A stretch of DNA of 64,000 bases, from NCBI GenBank assembly GCA_963825135.1, contig CAWGRW010000009.1, positions 256,001 to 320,000 on the forward strand, read 5' to 3'. The notes below the pieces were generated by a model, which saw nothing but the letters and a program-made list of their open reading frames with translations, had not been told where the DNA came from and made no database searches. The stretch is from an uncultured bacterium (lineage in GTDB: Bacteria > Desulfobacterota_D > UBA1144 > Nemesobacterales > UBA2774). The position numbers and the translations under genes are program-made. Of this stretch, positions 1 through 9,508 are shown piece by piece. How positions within the stretch are numbered: position 1 is the stretch's first letter; every line of letters begins with the position of its first letter.

Positions 1-1
1 T

Positions 2-829
2 CTTATGCGATTCCACCCAGATTCTCTGGAGCTCTTCCTGGAGTGATTCCCTCGTCTGTATGTCGAGTGCGGCGAAGGGCTCGTCCATGAGCAGTATCGA
101 GGGCTCCATGACGAGCGCCCTCGCGAGCGCGACGCGCTGCTTCATGCCCCCCGAGAGCTGATGGATATACGATTTGTGGAACTTCTCGTCGAGCCCTACG
201 AGCTTCAGGTAATCGTACGCGAGCTCTCTTCTTATCTTTTGCGTAACCCTTCTCAGCTTGAGTCCGAATTCGACGTTCTCGACCACCGTAAGCCAGGGGA
301 AAAGCGCGCCCTCCTGGAACACGACGACCCTGTCGGCGCCCGGGCCTTCCACGCGCTTGCCGTCTGAGAGTATCCGCCCGCTCGTGGGCTTGTCGAGCCC
401 CGCGATCATGTTGAGGAGAGTCGATTTCCCGCACCCGGATGACCCCACTATCGAGACGAACTCCCCGTCCCGGATCGTGATGTTGATATCGCCGAGGGCG
501 GCAACCTTCCCCTCTTTCGTGCTGAAAACTTTCGAGACGTTTTCCACCCTGAGCCTCGCCTCTTTCTTCTCTATCTTCTGAATGAATATGTTCCACAACC
601 CCTCCTGCTCGATGACCCGGTAGGGATACCCCCTCCTCTCGCAGAACCTGGGCGCGTTCTCGAGCGCCGTAGGCTCGTGGTCGGATATCGCGAGAAGCAC
701 CGCGTCGTCGTCGAGCGCCCTTACGGTGTCCCTTATCACGTTCAGGGGATGAGGGCAAATCGCGTCCCTTAAATCCACTACCCTGTCGGGCTTGAGCACC
801 TCTAATCTTTTAACTGTTTCCAAATGCAT
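2..829 (-). CDS. TusA-like domain fused to nitrate/sulfonate-type ABC ATPase (runs off the window's left edge)
   Basis: Translated by hand from ATG at 829: MHLETVKRLEVLKPDRVVDLRDAICPHPLNVIRD... continues in frame into GSSGCGKST (Walker A), LSGGMKQR (signature) and LLMDEPF (Walker B). This frame is absent from the ORF track. Confidence 0.9.
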   Translation of the reverse strand, partial: MHLETVKRLEVLKPDRVVDLRDAICPHPLNVIRDTVRALDDDAVLLAISDHEPTALENAPRFCERRGYPYRVIEQEGLWNIFIQKIEKKEARLRVENVSKVFSTKEGKVAALGDINITIRDGEFVSIVGSSGCGKSTLLNMIAGLDKPTSGRILSDGKRVEGPGADRVVVFQEGALFPWLTVVENVEFGLKLRRVTQKIRRELAYDYLKLVGLDEKFHKSYIHQLSGGMKQRVALARALVMEPSILLMDEPFAALDIQTRESLQEELQRIWVESHK

Positions 830-851
830 CTTCCTTCCTCGCGTTAGACGT

Positions 852-1910
852 TTATTTTGCTGCTGTCTGACCGCTTTCGGCCTTGATCTCTTTAAGTCCT
901 TTATCCTTGAGAATCCCATTCAATATCGAAAGGTCGTAAATGTTCGAGAGGTCGGGTTCTTTCCTTCCCAGAAATCCGAGCTTGTAAGCGTCCTCCGCGG
1001 AGGAGTAAAGAGAGCTTGCAATCGGGTCGTATGTGAATTCAATTCTCTTGATCGCCGCATCGAGTATATTCGGAGGTATAGCCTTCCCGGTCTCCCTCTT
1101 TATCTCATCGTTGAGGACCTTCTTGGCCTCCTCCCGGTTATTGTTTATCCAGTCCGTGAGCTGAAGGTTCGTTTCGAGCCAAGTTTTAACGAGATCGGGG
1201 TGTTCTTTTAGAAACTTTGTGCTGACTATTATATGTGTGGTCACGTACTGACCGTTCGGCCAGAGCTCCTTCTCGTCGAGGAACAGCTCTCCCCCGCCGT
1301 CGTATATGAGCCTCGACACCCAGGGCTCGACAGTCCACGCGCCGTCTATCTCCTTTTTAATGAACAGAGTGAGCTGGTCGGGATTTTCAAGCGGGATTAC
1401 CTCCACAGTGCCGCCTTTTTCCTTGAGCTTGTACCCGTTCTCGCCGAGCCAGCTCCTCAAAGCCACGTCCTGGGTGTTCCCAATGCTCGGCGTCGCGAGC
1501 TTCTTACCGTTAAAGTCCTTGGCCGATGAAATACCGGCGTCCTTTCTCACAACCAGGCCCGCGCCCCCGCTTGCCGCGCCCGACACTATGCGTAACGCCT
1601 CACCGTCTGATTTTATGTATCCGTTGACGGCGGGATTGGGTCCTATGTACGTTATATCAAGCTCGCCCGCGAAGAGGGCTTCTATGGCGGAAGTCCCGGA
1701 ATTAAATAGCTTCCAGTCTATATCGGCCTTGTCCCCGAGCGCCTTCGCGAACTCACCGTTCGCCTGCCCTATAACCCCCTGGGCATGAGTGACGTTCGGG
1801 AAATGACCCGCGCGTATGGTTACCTTCGAATCCCCGGCGTGCGAGGTTTGCACCAATCCCGCAAGCCCCAGCAGAATCGCAGTAGTTAATAATAATGACC
1901 TTATCTTCAT
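852..1910 (-). CDS. ssuA: Aliphatic sulfonate-type ABC transporter substrate-binding protein (SsuA-like)
   Basis: Signal peptide; FPNVTHAQ, YIGPNPAVNGY and GNTQDVALR motifs; lies upstream of the ABC ATPase. Confidence 0.8.
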   Translation of the reverse strand: MKIRSLLLTTAILLGLAGLVQTSHAGDSKVTIRAGHFPNVTHAQGVIGQANGEFAKALGDKADIDWKLFNSGTSAIEALFAGELDITYIGPNPAVNGYIKSDGEALRIVSGAASGGAGLVVRKDAGISSAKDFNGKKLATPSIGNTQDVALRSWLGENGYKLKEKGGTVEVIPLENPDQLTLFIKKEIDGAWTVEPWVSRLIYDGGGELFLDEKELWPNGQYVTTHIIVSTKFLKEHPDLVKTWLETNLQLTDWINNNREEAKKVLNDEIKRETGKAIPPNILDAAIKRIEFTYDPIASSLYSSAEDAYKLGFLGRKEPDLSNIYDLSILNGILKDKGLKEIKAESGQTAAK

Positions 1911-1949
1911 TTCCTTTTCCTCCTTAATCGATGTTAAGGGTGCTATAAT

Positions 1950-1965
1950 GGCAAGACGCGTGCCA
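1950..1965 (-). promoter_or_regulatory. sigma54 (-24/-12) promoter
   Basis: Minus strand TGGCAC-GCGTC-TTGC matches TGGCAC-N5-TTGC, 40 bp upstream of the ssuA-like ATG. Confidence 0.8.
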
Positions 1966-2019
1966 TAAGCAAAATTCCCTTTAATTTAGAGCAATTCGTA
2001 TTGATTCAAGATTCCCATG

Positions 2020-2079
2020 TGGTTACTTAATAACCATTCAAAGGGTTACATGTTGCCCGCATGTATAATCCTTATACAT
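2020..2079. promoter_or_regulatory. Two palindromes, candidate enhancer-binding-protein sites
   Basis: TGGTTA-CTTAA-TAACCA (2020-2036) and ATGTATAA-TCC-TTATACAT (2061-2079), upstream of the sigma54 promoter. Confidence 0.5.
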
Positions 2080-2198
2080 CTCTTAGCAGACTGATATTAC
2101 GAAGATATATTGAAATCCCCTCATTTTCTTGACCATAAATCAGGCCTCCTTATACTCTGACTTAAGATAGCAACTAAAATCGAAAACGAGGTTCCAAT

Positions 2199-2615
2199 AT
2201 GAAGAGATCACTCGAAGGCGGATGCGCGTGCGGCGACATTCACTACAATGTAAGCGGTACGATAATAGACGCAGGTTATTGCCACTGCAGTATTTGCAGG
2301 CGCGCAAGCGGCGCGCCCGTCGTCGCCTGGTTTACAGTCCCCGTCGATTCCTTAACCTACGTGCAGGGAACGCCGTCTGTCTTCCATTCATCGTCGCACA
2401 GTCAGCGCGAGTTCTGCGGCGGATGCGGCACGCAGCTGTTATTCAGAAAGTCGGAAGGCCCCGTAACAGTGGACATCACGATAGCTAGTCTCGACGATCC
2501 GTCACTCATAGAGCCCGAGTATCACATATGGAGGGAGAGCCGGATACCGTGGTTCGAAACCGGGGACACACTCCCGCGTCACGACGACAGCGGACCGGAC
2601 AGTGACGGAATTTAA
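2199..2615 (+). CDS. GFA/CENP-V family zinc protein
   Basis: GGCACG, CHCSICR and FCGGCGT motifs. Confidence 0.9.
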   Translation: MKRSLEGGCACGDIHYNVSGTIIDAGYCHCSICRRASGAPVVAWFTVPVDSLTYVQGTPSVFHSSSHSQREFCGGCGTQLLFRKSEGPVTVDITIASLDDPSLIEPEYHIWRESRIPWFETGDTLPRHDDSGPDSDGI

Positions 2616-2668
2616 TCAGAGTTAAAAATTCATGACCTCGAGCTTTCTATAAGATAGAAAAACCGGGC

Positions 2669-3763
2669 TTATAATTTCCCGCTAAGGCGCGCGACCGCTT
2701 CGCCGTATTCCGAGACGAGCATATGCACCAGCTCCGCAGCCGCGCATCTCCTCGCCATCGCCGAGCCCTGCCCGGCCCAGAGGGACATGAACTCGGGGTC
2801 GCCCTTCGCCCTCGACGCGTTCCTGATGGGCCTCGTGAGATAGTTCTGAACAGGATACGCCGGGACCTTGTTTTCCAACCCCGACATCTCGTCGTAAAAG
2901 CGGTTCCGTATCCCCCGCGCGTATTTCCCCGTATACACCCGTGTCAGTACAGTGCTTGTGTCGAGCGAGGTCCTGAGAGCTTCGAGCCAGGGCGCGGGGA
3001 CAGCCGCTTCCGTGCAGGCCAGGAACGCAGTGCCCATCTGCACCGCCGACGCTCCGAGCGCGAGCGCGGCCGCTATACCTCTGCCGTCCATTATTCCCCC
3101 CGAGCATACGACCGGTACTCCGACTCTATCCACGATCTGGGGCGTGAGCGACATGCTCCCTATGAGGGGCAATTCCCCGGCGCGGCCGAAAGAGCCCCTG
3201 TGCCCTCCCGCCTCGCTCCCCTGTGTGACAAGGGCGCCGCACCCCGCCTCTTCGAGCATCACTCCCTCGGCGGCACAGGTAGCCGTGCCGATGACCGCGA
3301 CTTTTCTTCTACGCATCTCCTTCATGTGCTTTCGCTTGGGCATTCCGAACGTGAAGCTGAATACCGGGACGTTGTTGTCGAGAATAACCCCGAGCTGCTC
3401 CTCGAACGTGAAGCCCTCGGCCGCCGCATCTCCCGGAAGCTCAGCTCCCAACCCGCCCGCGATCTCGCAGAGTCTCTTCAGCACCCTGGCCGGGGTTTTC
3501 CTGCGCGGGGTTTTCTCCGGTATAAACAGGTTTACTGCAAACGGCTTACCGGTGAGCGCGCGAATTTTCCCTATCGCGGAATCGATATCGTCCGGCGAGA
3601 GGTACCCGCCGGGGTAAGAGCCCAGGCCTCCCGCGTTTGACACAGCGGCGACCAATTCGGGCGTCGTCGGCCCGCCCGCCATCGGAGCCTGAATTATCGG
3701 ATGCTCAATCCCAATCATGTCGCGGAGTTTTCTTGTTTGCTCCGGCCAGGTATTTGAATTCAT
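2669..3763 (-). CDS. Nitronate monooxygenase family FMN oxidoreductase
   Basis: PIIQAPMAGG, QGSEAGGHRG, GGIMDGRG and SLWAGQ motifs. Confidence 0.9.
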   Translation of the reverse strand: MNSNTWPEQTRKLRDMIGIEHPIIQAPMAGGPTTPELVAAVSNAGGLGSYPGGYLSPDDIDSAIGKIRALTGKPFAVNLFIPEKTPRRKTPARVLKRLCEIAGGLGAELPGDAAAEGFTFEEQLGVILDNNVPVFSFTFGMPKRKHMKEMRRRKVAVIGTATCAAEGVMLEEAGCGALVTQGSEAGGHRGSFGRAGELPLIGSMSLTPQIVDRVGVPVVCSGGIMDGRGIAAALALGASAVQMGTAFLACTEAAVPAPWLEALRTSLDTSTVLTRVYTGKYARGIRNRFYDEMSGLENKVPAYPVQNYLTRPIRNASRAKGDPEFMSLWAGQGSAMARRCAAAELVHMLVSEYGEAVARLSGKL

Positions 3764-3808
3764 GGTCTAGCCTCCGTACGACTTTCTGAAACATATATTT
3801 TACACGCT

Positions 3809-3970
3809 TTACATCGTCCGGCAGTAGATATATGTTTTTGCGAGCGGTTCAATACCGGCCTTTCGGTTATTGAGGAGCTCCTCGAACTCGCCCAAGACCG
3901 CGTAAGTCGCAAGAGTGGCATAGTGGCGCACGTTCAGGAACTCCCGCATTGCAGCGTTTAACTTAGACAT
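3809..3970 (-). pseudogene. Truncated pyridoxamine-5'-phosphate-oxidase-like gene
   Basis: GGAGG RBS, then MSKLNAAMREFLNVRHYATLATY (typical PPOX-fold N-terminus), then unrelated sequence; 53 aa. Confidence 0.45.
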
Positions 3971-4070
3971 AGCTGCCCTCCTGATAATGGATTTATATGC
4001 TTTACTGCTTGCCCCCGAAACGCATTACCGGCCCTCACCCGCCAACCGCACGAGCCGTACGCCCGAAGCC

Positions 4071-4301
4071 TCATAAGTGCCGGGTTTCGGCAGGAGGCGA
4101 CGCCCAGTTATCGTCCCTCCCGTCCTCATAGCGGACCGGCGCCTCCGCGAGCTCGCCTGCAGTGGCATCGTCGAGGCACGCGACGTTGACCGCGTAGTAT
4201 TCGCCGGACAACGTCTCGCCGCCGAACGTAACATCCAGAATGGCCCGTCCGACGAATCGAACTGCGCCGCAGCGGCAGCTTCCATGATATGTCTTTCTCA
4301 T
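4071..4301 (-). pseudogene. Internally deleted GFA-family gene
   Basis: Keeps the N-terminal YHGSCRCGAVRF and C-terminal YAVNVACLDD...DGRDDNW, but lacks the central CxCxxC and CxxCG motifs. Confidence 0.65.
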
Positions 4302-4432
4302 CGATACTCCAACGATATAAATTTCATAAACATCCCGTCATTGCCGGTTATTTTTTTCTTCGGGCCGATAGCAAAGAAGGACGAGACCGTTGCCGAACGT
4401 CTTTGTGAATAGTTTTTTCATTTCAGGCCTGC

Positions 4433-4879
4433 TTATGAAATTTTTGAATACTGGTCCTTTAGCCCGCTCAGTAGCCATGCGTCCACGCTGTACGCCATCG
4501 GCCCCGCCAGAAGGATAACGAGCGAGCTCACCATCATGCTGAACGGGTATGAAGCACCCTTAAGAAAGCCGTTCGGGAGCGAGACGAGCGCCGCGACAAG
4601 CATATTGATAGTGATTGCGAAAGCGGCCGGCCTGGTGAGGAGCCCTACCATCAGCAATAATCCGCCGATGAACTCGGTATAGCAGCTCAGGTAAGCGAGG
4701 ATCGGGTGAATGCCCATATTGGTGACGAAGATATTTATAGTGGCTTCCATCCCCATGCCGCCGAACCATCCCAGGACCTTCCCGGCACCTGCCAGGAATA
4801 AGATTATGCCGACTGTCAACCTCAGCAGCAGTAAAGAGACGTTAAGCAGTTTCGTATTTGTAACCGTTAATAGATTCAT
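4433..4879 (-). CDS. DoxX family membrane protein
   Basis: LLRLTVG, EFIGGLLLMVGLLTRPAA and GPMAYSVD; four hydrophobic segments. Confidence 0.9.
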   Translation of the reverse strand: MNLLTVTNTKLLNVSLLLLRLTVGIILFLAGAGKVLGWFGGMGMEATINIFVTNMGIHPILAYLSCYTEFIGGLLLMVGLLTRPAAFAITINMLVAALVSLPNGFLKGASYPFSMMVSSLVILLAGPMAYSVDAWLLSGLKDQYSKIS

Positions 4880-5153
4880 TATCTAATCCTCCCGACTTCA
4901 GTCACTTAAGTCCTGTTAGTATACATATTTGTTTTATTTCTAAATGCGGACGCAACTCCTGCCCCGCCATGAACATACGACGAACAAACGCTCGAATAAT
5001 GGACAGTTTAATCGATTTTTTTTCCTACGCCCGAGGACTTTTTACGATTGATCCTCCGGCATGCGCATAGCCTAGTATAAAAAACATCTTACTTTCTCAT
5101 CCCGTAAGTGTTAAAATGTAAGTACATATATACAGGCCGGGGAGGTGATTTAC

Positions 5154-5312
5154 GTGAGGGAGGACATAGATATAAGGCTTCTCGATTACTTTTATTTCGA
5201 CCACTCCGAAGTGGACAAGGCGCATAGTCTCGTCATCATTCAGGAAGAACCGGCATACGACCCCAATCAATCCAGCGATCAACGCGCATCCGAAGCGGAC
5301 GATAAACATTAG
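5154..5312 (+). CDS. Small hypothetical protein (52 aa)
   Basis: GGGGAGGTGA Shine-Dalgarno, then a GTG-started ORF MREDIDIRLLDYFYFDHSEVDKAHSLVIIQEEP... Confidence 0.4.
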   Translation: MREDIDIRLLDYFYFDHSEVDKAHSLVIIQEEPAYDPNQSSDQRASEADDKH

Positions 5313-5393
5313 AGCAGGTGTTTAGCTAAAATTCCTCTATTGACGCAACGTCTCTGAACGGAAAACGGGCGTTTCAAGACTTGTTTGATCCGG

Positions 5394-5999
5394 TTACTGA
5401 ACAAACGGACTAAAAAACACTTCCACCCCGATGAAATCGACGGGCAAATCACTTCTCGGCACCGAAACTATATCGTACGGGTATCCGGGACCGGGCGGAG
5501 GAATGTCGCTAATCTTATCTTCTATAACGACTACAAGCTCGGCACCGAATTCCAGAACCGCCTCTATGGTGGTTCCGAACTCCGCGAAATCCCGAGTTGA
5601 AACGAGAACCATATTGTTATCGAAATCGACGTCTGGCAGATCGAAGGACGAGAAAAAACAGCTGTTCCTGAACCTGTTCCAGTCTTGAGCCGTTTTAATT
5701 ACCAATTGACTCTGCTCGATCGGACAATCATGCGGACCCGGCTCGATGATAGCAGTCCCATGCGAAATATCATCTATATCGAGTTCCCCCTCAAACCCCG
5801 GCATCCCCTCCTCTTCCGCGATGACCTCTTCCACCGTCCGGTCGGTCACGACTGTCGTGCTCCCTCCGGCATTCGGATCGAAGCACGGGTCTGACGAGGT
5901 CGGCAAGTAGCAGTCATTCTTTGCGTCGTTATTATCGTTACCATCATTACAGCCGAGCATTAAGAAGACAAACGGAATGACGAATAAATATTTTCTCAT
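5394..5999 (-). CDS. Lipoprotein; C-terminus resembles a PrcB C-terminal-like domain
   Basis: Lipobox LMLGC; LPDVDFDNNMVL...YPYDIVSVPR. Confidence 0.6.
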   Translation of the reverse strand: MRKYLFVIPFVFLMLGCNDGNDNNDAKNDCYLPTSSDPCFDPNAGGSTTVVTDRTVEEVIAEEEGMPGFEGELDIDDISHGTAIIEPGPHDCPIEQSQLVIKTAQDWNRFRNSCFFSSFDLPDVDFDNNMVLVSTRDFAEFGTTIEAVLEFGAELVVVIEDKISDIPPPGPGYPYDIVSVPRSDLPVDFIGVEVFFSPFVQ

Positions 6000-6383
6000 G
6001 ACAATCCCCCCTCGTGGAGTCAGGGGCTCTACGCCAGTCCCCGTCTAAAATATTTCTTATATTATATTATACAAGGAATATTTGATAATTTAAATTACCT
6101 CTTAGAATCCCGCTGATTGTCTCGAAAGTGCTATCTATCAAAGTGTAGTTTGGAGGGATAACCGGGGCTGGGCTTAGCCATTGAATATTACAAAATCTCC
6201 TCTTTAATGCGCGCTTCGCGCGATCGAGCGCCCCTCTCTCTCCTTAGCATCAAAAAAAACGCCCATTCCCTTGCCGGCGTGAATCCGAACTTTAAAAACA
6301 AAAAAGAGGTAAGGGAATGGGTTATTTTTACGCCGGGGCGAGGGGCTCCGATGAGTCCCGACCCCGGTGTCGTATCTATATGT

Positions 6384-7949
6384 CTATTTAAAGAACTGGT
6401 CGATGAAGACCATCAGCCTGCCCTGAACGGTATACGGCGTTTCGTTATAGCTGACGCCGTCCGAATCGATCTCGTTAGCGGCAAGGGTGTTAGCCGCCTG
6501 AGCCTCGAGCAGCGTATCCAGGCTGTTGCCGGGGAATACGATGCCGCCGATAAGGTCCAGGTTGACACCGGGGTACATATGCCACGTGAGCGTTCCCTCG
6601 ACTTCCGTACCCATATACGTATTGATGCTGTCTACACCCGGGTACGGATTCTTTGTCTCTTCGTTGAAGGCCACAAGCACCTGGGGCGTGAACGACAGCT
6701 CGTCGATCAGCTTGACCGTCCCCCAGAGCCTTGCATAGTACGCGTTATAAACGCTGCTCTCGACCTGATATATATTCGGTATCATGTTCTTGAAGAGCAG
6801 GTTGTCAAGGTTGTAAGCGGGGTTGAAGTACACTATCCCGCCCTCGAGCGAGCCCGAGCTGAGGTCGTCGCCCTTTGCCCAGCCGAATTCCGCGGCGATT
6901 ATCTTCATTGGCCATCCCGGATATACCTCCGCGCGGGTGGCGAACACTATGTTGGACGCATTTATATCCACGTCGCCCACTCCGTCAACTTTCAGCTTGC
7001 CCCAGACTCCGTCCATCTCGCCGACTAATCTGAAGAGGTCGGACTTGTAATCGATCAGGCCGGAATAAAGAACCAGCTGGTGGAGGTCAACGCCGCTGAC
7101 GGCGGCCCCGGAGTTAGGCGGAACGCCCGGATCGGTCCCGCTCGTCGGGAAGGTGCTGACGCCGTTCTGATGAATGTACGGGAACACGAAGCCGGCGACC
7201 GTCAGGTTGCCTCCCGCGACATTCGGGTTGTTGAAGATCAGGGCAGCGGCGCCGATATCGTAGCCGTTGCCGTTTCCGGTAACTACGCTGTTACCCCCGG
7301 TGAGTATGTCCGAGACAAATACGAAGGTTATGGACGAAGACCCTGCGGCGAAGGACTTCAGATAGAGGAACCTGTCGAATATGGTGCCAAGGTCCGAATA
7401 CGGGTCCCAGCCCCCGTTCAGATACATCCCGAGACCCCAGTCGAAGGGCTGACGCCCTACCCTGATGAACCCGAGGTCATGAGGCAGTACTATATCCGAA
7501 ATGAGGAACCGCACATCGAAGAACCCCGGGTCGTCTATGGCGTTGGGTCCGGTCAGGATCGCGCCCCTGAACCTGTCGCTGAAAGATAAGTTGGAATTGA
7601 CGACACCGTTACGTCCTCCCAATAACTGCGTCGTCGATCCGCCCCAGATGTTGTTGTCGAAGACGTTCAGCTGAGCCCTGATAACCACAGAGTCGCTGAG
7701 AACGAGCTGAGGGGTTAATCTCAGAGTCGTATCGGCGAAAAATATGTTGTCTTTGTTGTTGGAGAAACCGAGATCTATAGCGTTCTGATTGCTCAGGGCC
7801 GATATAAAGGTCGCGTTTCCGATGTAGCGCGCTCTGGTGCGCATGAAACTCGGGAAACCGCCCAGACTCAAATCAACTGCGAACGACGGCGCGGCCATAA
7901 AAAGAACCGCGATAAATACAATGAGCCGTTTGAATGTAACCATCTCCAT
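6384..7949 (-). CDS. Outer-membrane beta-barrel protein (porin/alginate-export-like)
   Basis: Signal peptide; IRVGRQPFDWGLG and GTEVEGTLTW amphipathic strands; aromatic C-terminus. Confidence 0.65.
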   Translation of the reverse strand: MEMVTFKRLIVFIAVLFMAAPSFAVDLSLGGFPSFMRTRARYIGNATFISALSNQNAIDLGFSNNKDNIFFADTTLRLTPQLVLSDSVVIRAQLNVFDNNIWGGSTTQLLGGRNGVVNSNLSFSDRFRGAILTGPNAIDDPGFFDVRFLISDIVLPHDLGFIRVGRQPFDWGLGMYLNGGWDPYSDLGTIFDRFLYLKSFAAGSSSITFVFVSDILTGGNSVVTGNGNGYDIGAAALIFNNPNVAGGNLTVAGFVFPYIHQNGVSTFPTSGTDPGVPPNSGAAVSGVDLHQLVLYSGLIDYKSDLFRLVGEMDGVWGKLKVDGVGDVDINASNIVFATRAEVYPGWPMKIIAAEFGWAKGDDLSSGSLEGGIVYFNPAYNLDNLLFKNMIPNIYQVESSVYNAYYARLWGTVKLIDELSFTPQVLVAFNEETKNPYPGVDSINTYMGTEVEGTLTWHMYPGVNLDLIGGIVFPGNSLDTLLEAQAANTLAANEIDSDGVSYNETPYTVQGRLMVFIDQFFK

Positions 7950-8352
7950 GCCTCCTTCAATTGGTTTTTATTTTCTTTACCGCTTCATCCCTTAAGCCCG
8001 CATCCATTGACTCTTCAAAAAAACATTTCTGTTATCGGGAATCTTCGAAGCGTCGCCACCCTTTGTAGCGCCATGAAAGTAATATGCCAATCGTATCCGC
8101 CTATAATCATTCAAATCATGAAAAAGACTCCTGTCATATGTCAGAAGATAGTACAAAAAACTGATTTCTGAATCCGCGGAATGGCCGAAAGTAAACCTTT
8201 GCCGGGAGCCGCAACTGGCCGCGTGCGAAATAAATCATTACCGGGCTCGCGGAATTGGATTGAAAACGGCTCCGATAAAACTTCACCGGAAATTGCCAAA
8301 TTAATCTTGGGTCTCTATAATCGTAAGAACAAATTAATTCAGGGGAGCCGTC

Positions 8353-9048
8353 ATGTTCGTCAGCCACAGGGAAAGACATAAAACGCAGCGCATAGGCTGG
8401 CTCCGCGCCGCCGTACTCGGGGCCAACGACGGGATCGTGTCCACTGCGAGCCTCGTCGTCGGGGTCGCGGCGTCAAACGCGACGCACCAGAGCGTCCTCA
8501 TCGCGGGCGTCGCGGGCCTCGTGGCAGGGGCCCTCTCCATGGCCGCGGGCGAGTATGTGTCCGTGAGCTCTCAGGCGGACACCGAGCAGGCCGACCTCGC
8601 GCGCGAGAGGGCGGAGCTCGCTACGGATATAGAGAGCGAGCGCGACGAGCTCACGTCCATATACATAGACCGGGGACTCGACCCCGGGCTCGCGAGGGAG
8701 GTCGCGCTCAAGCTCATGGAGAAGGACCCGCTCAAGGCGCACGCCCGTGACGAGCTCGGCATAACGGAAGCCGCGAGCGCGCGGCCGATCCAAGCGGCGC
8801 TGACGTCCGCGCTCACGTTCGCGGCGGGCGCGGCCCTGCCCCTTCTCGCAGCGCTCCTCGCTCCGCTGTCCCGTTCAGTCGTTATTGTTTCCGGGACCTC
8901 CCTCCTGTTCCTGGCGTTACTTGGCGCGCTGGCGGCGTACACGGGCGGCGCGTCCATACCGAAAGGCGCGCTCCGCGTCACGTTCTGGGGGGCGCTCGCC
9001 ATGGGCCTCACGGCGGGCGTAGGCGCGCTCTTCGGCGCATCCGTATGA
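8353..9048 (+). CDS. VIT1/CCC1 family iron/manganese transporter
   Basis: WLRAAVLGANDGIVS and SMAAGEYVSVSSQ. Confidence 0.95.
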   Translation: MFVSHRERHKTQRIGWLRAAVLGANDGIVSTASLVVGVAASNATHQSVLIAGVAGLVAGALSMAAGEYVSVSSQADTEQADLARERAELATDIESERDELTSIYIDRGLDPGLAREVALKLMEKDPLKAHARDELGITEAASARPIQAALTSALTFAAGAALPLLAALLAPLSRSVVIVSGTSLLFLALLGALAAYTGGASIPKGALRVTFWGALAMGLTAGVGALFGASV

Positions 9049-9127
9049 AATACGAGTGAAGCTGCCGCCGGACTGATTATAAAATGGTTTCGGAAAAGGA
9101 AATGAATTCAGGAAAGGAGAAAAAATC

Positions 9128-9343
9128 ATGAAATCGTCCAACGTCGACCTTCTCGTTTTCCGCGTCGCCGGGATATTCGTTCTCGCGAGCCTGGCGCTCG
9201 GATACTTTGTCCATCCGGCATGGTTTTTGTTCACGGCCTTCGTCGGCCTGAATATGTTTCAGGCCTCATTCACCGGGTTTTGCCCTTTGGCCAAAGTATT
9301 GAAGAAGATGGGAGCCAAGCCCGGAGTCGCGTTCCCCGATTAA
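9128..9343 (+). CDS. DUF2892 small membrane protein
   Basis: [17 protein letters not shown] motif. Confidence 0.85.
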   Translation: MKSSNVDLLVFRVAGIFVLASLALGYFVHPAWFLFTAFVGLNMFQASFTGFCPLAKVLKKMGAKPGVAFPD

Positions 9344-9374
9344 TTTTACGATATTGTTCCGGGACACTCTCGTG

Positions 9375-9422
9375 ATGGGTTTGACGGCGGGCGTAGGCGC
9401 GCTCTTCGGCACGTCCGTCTGA
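9375..9422 (+). repeat. Second copy of the VIT gene 3' end
   Basis: 42 of 48 nt identical to 9001-9048; reads MGLTAGVGALFGTSV*. Confidence 0.85.
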
Positions 9423-9508
9423 ATTACATAACCCGGCAGTATTTTCAGGACATTATAAACCGGCCATAAATAGGCTTATAATTAGAAACCAAATCCAAGG
9501 AGGCCGTC

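Noticed and set aside
3..758. 251-aa ORF in the supplied track
   Set aside because: Shadow frame; the real gene is the TusA-ABC ATPase in another minus-strand frame starting at 829
8074..8089. Possible sigma54 promoter for the beta-barrel gene (TGGCAT-N5-TTTCA)
   Set aside because: The -12 element lacks the conserved GC
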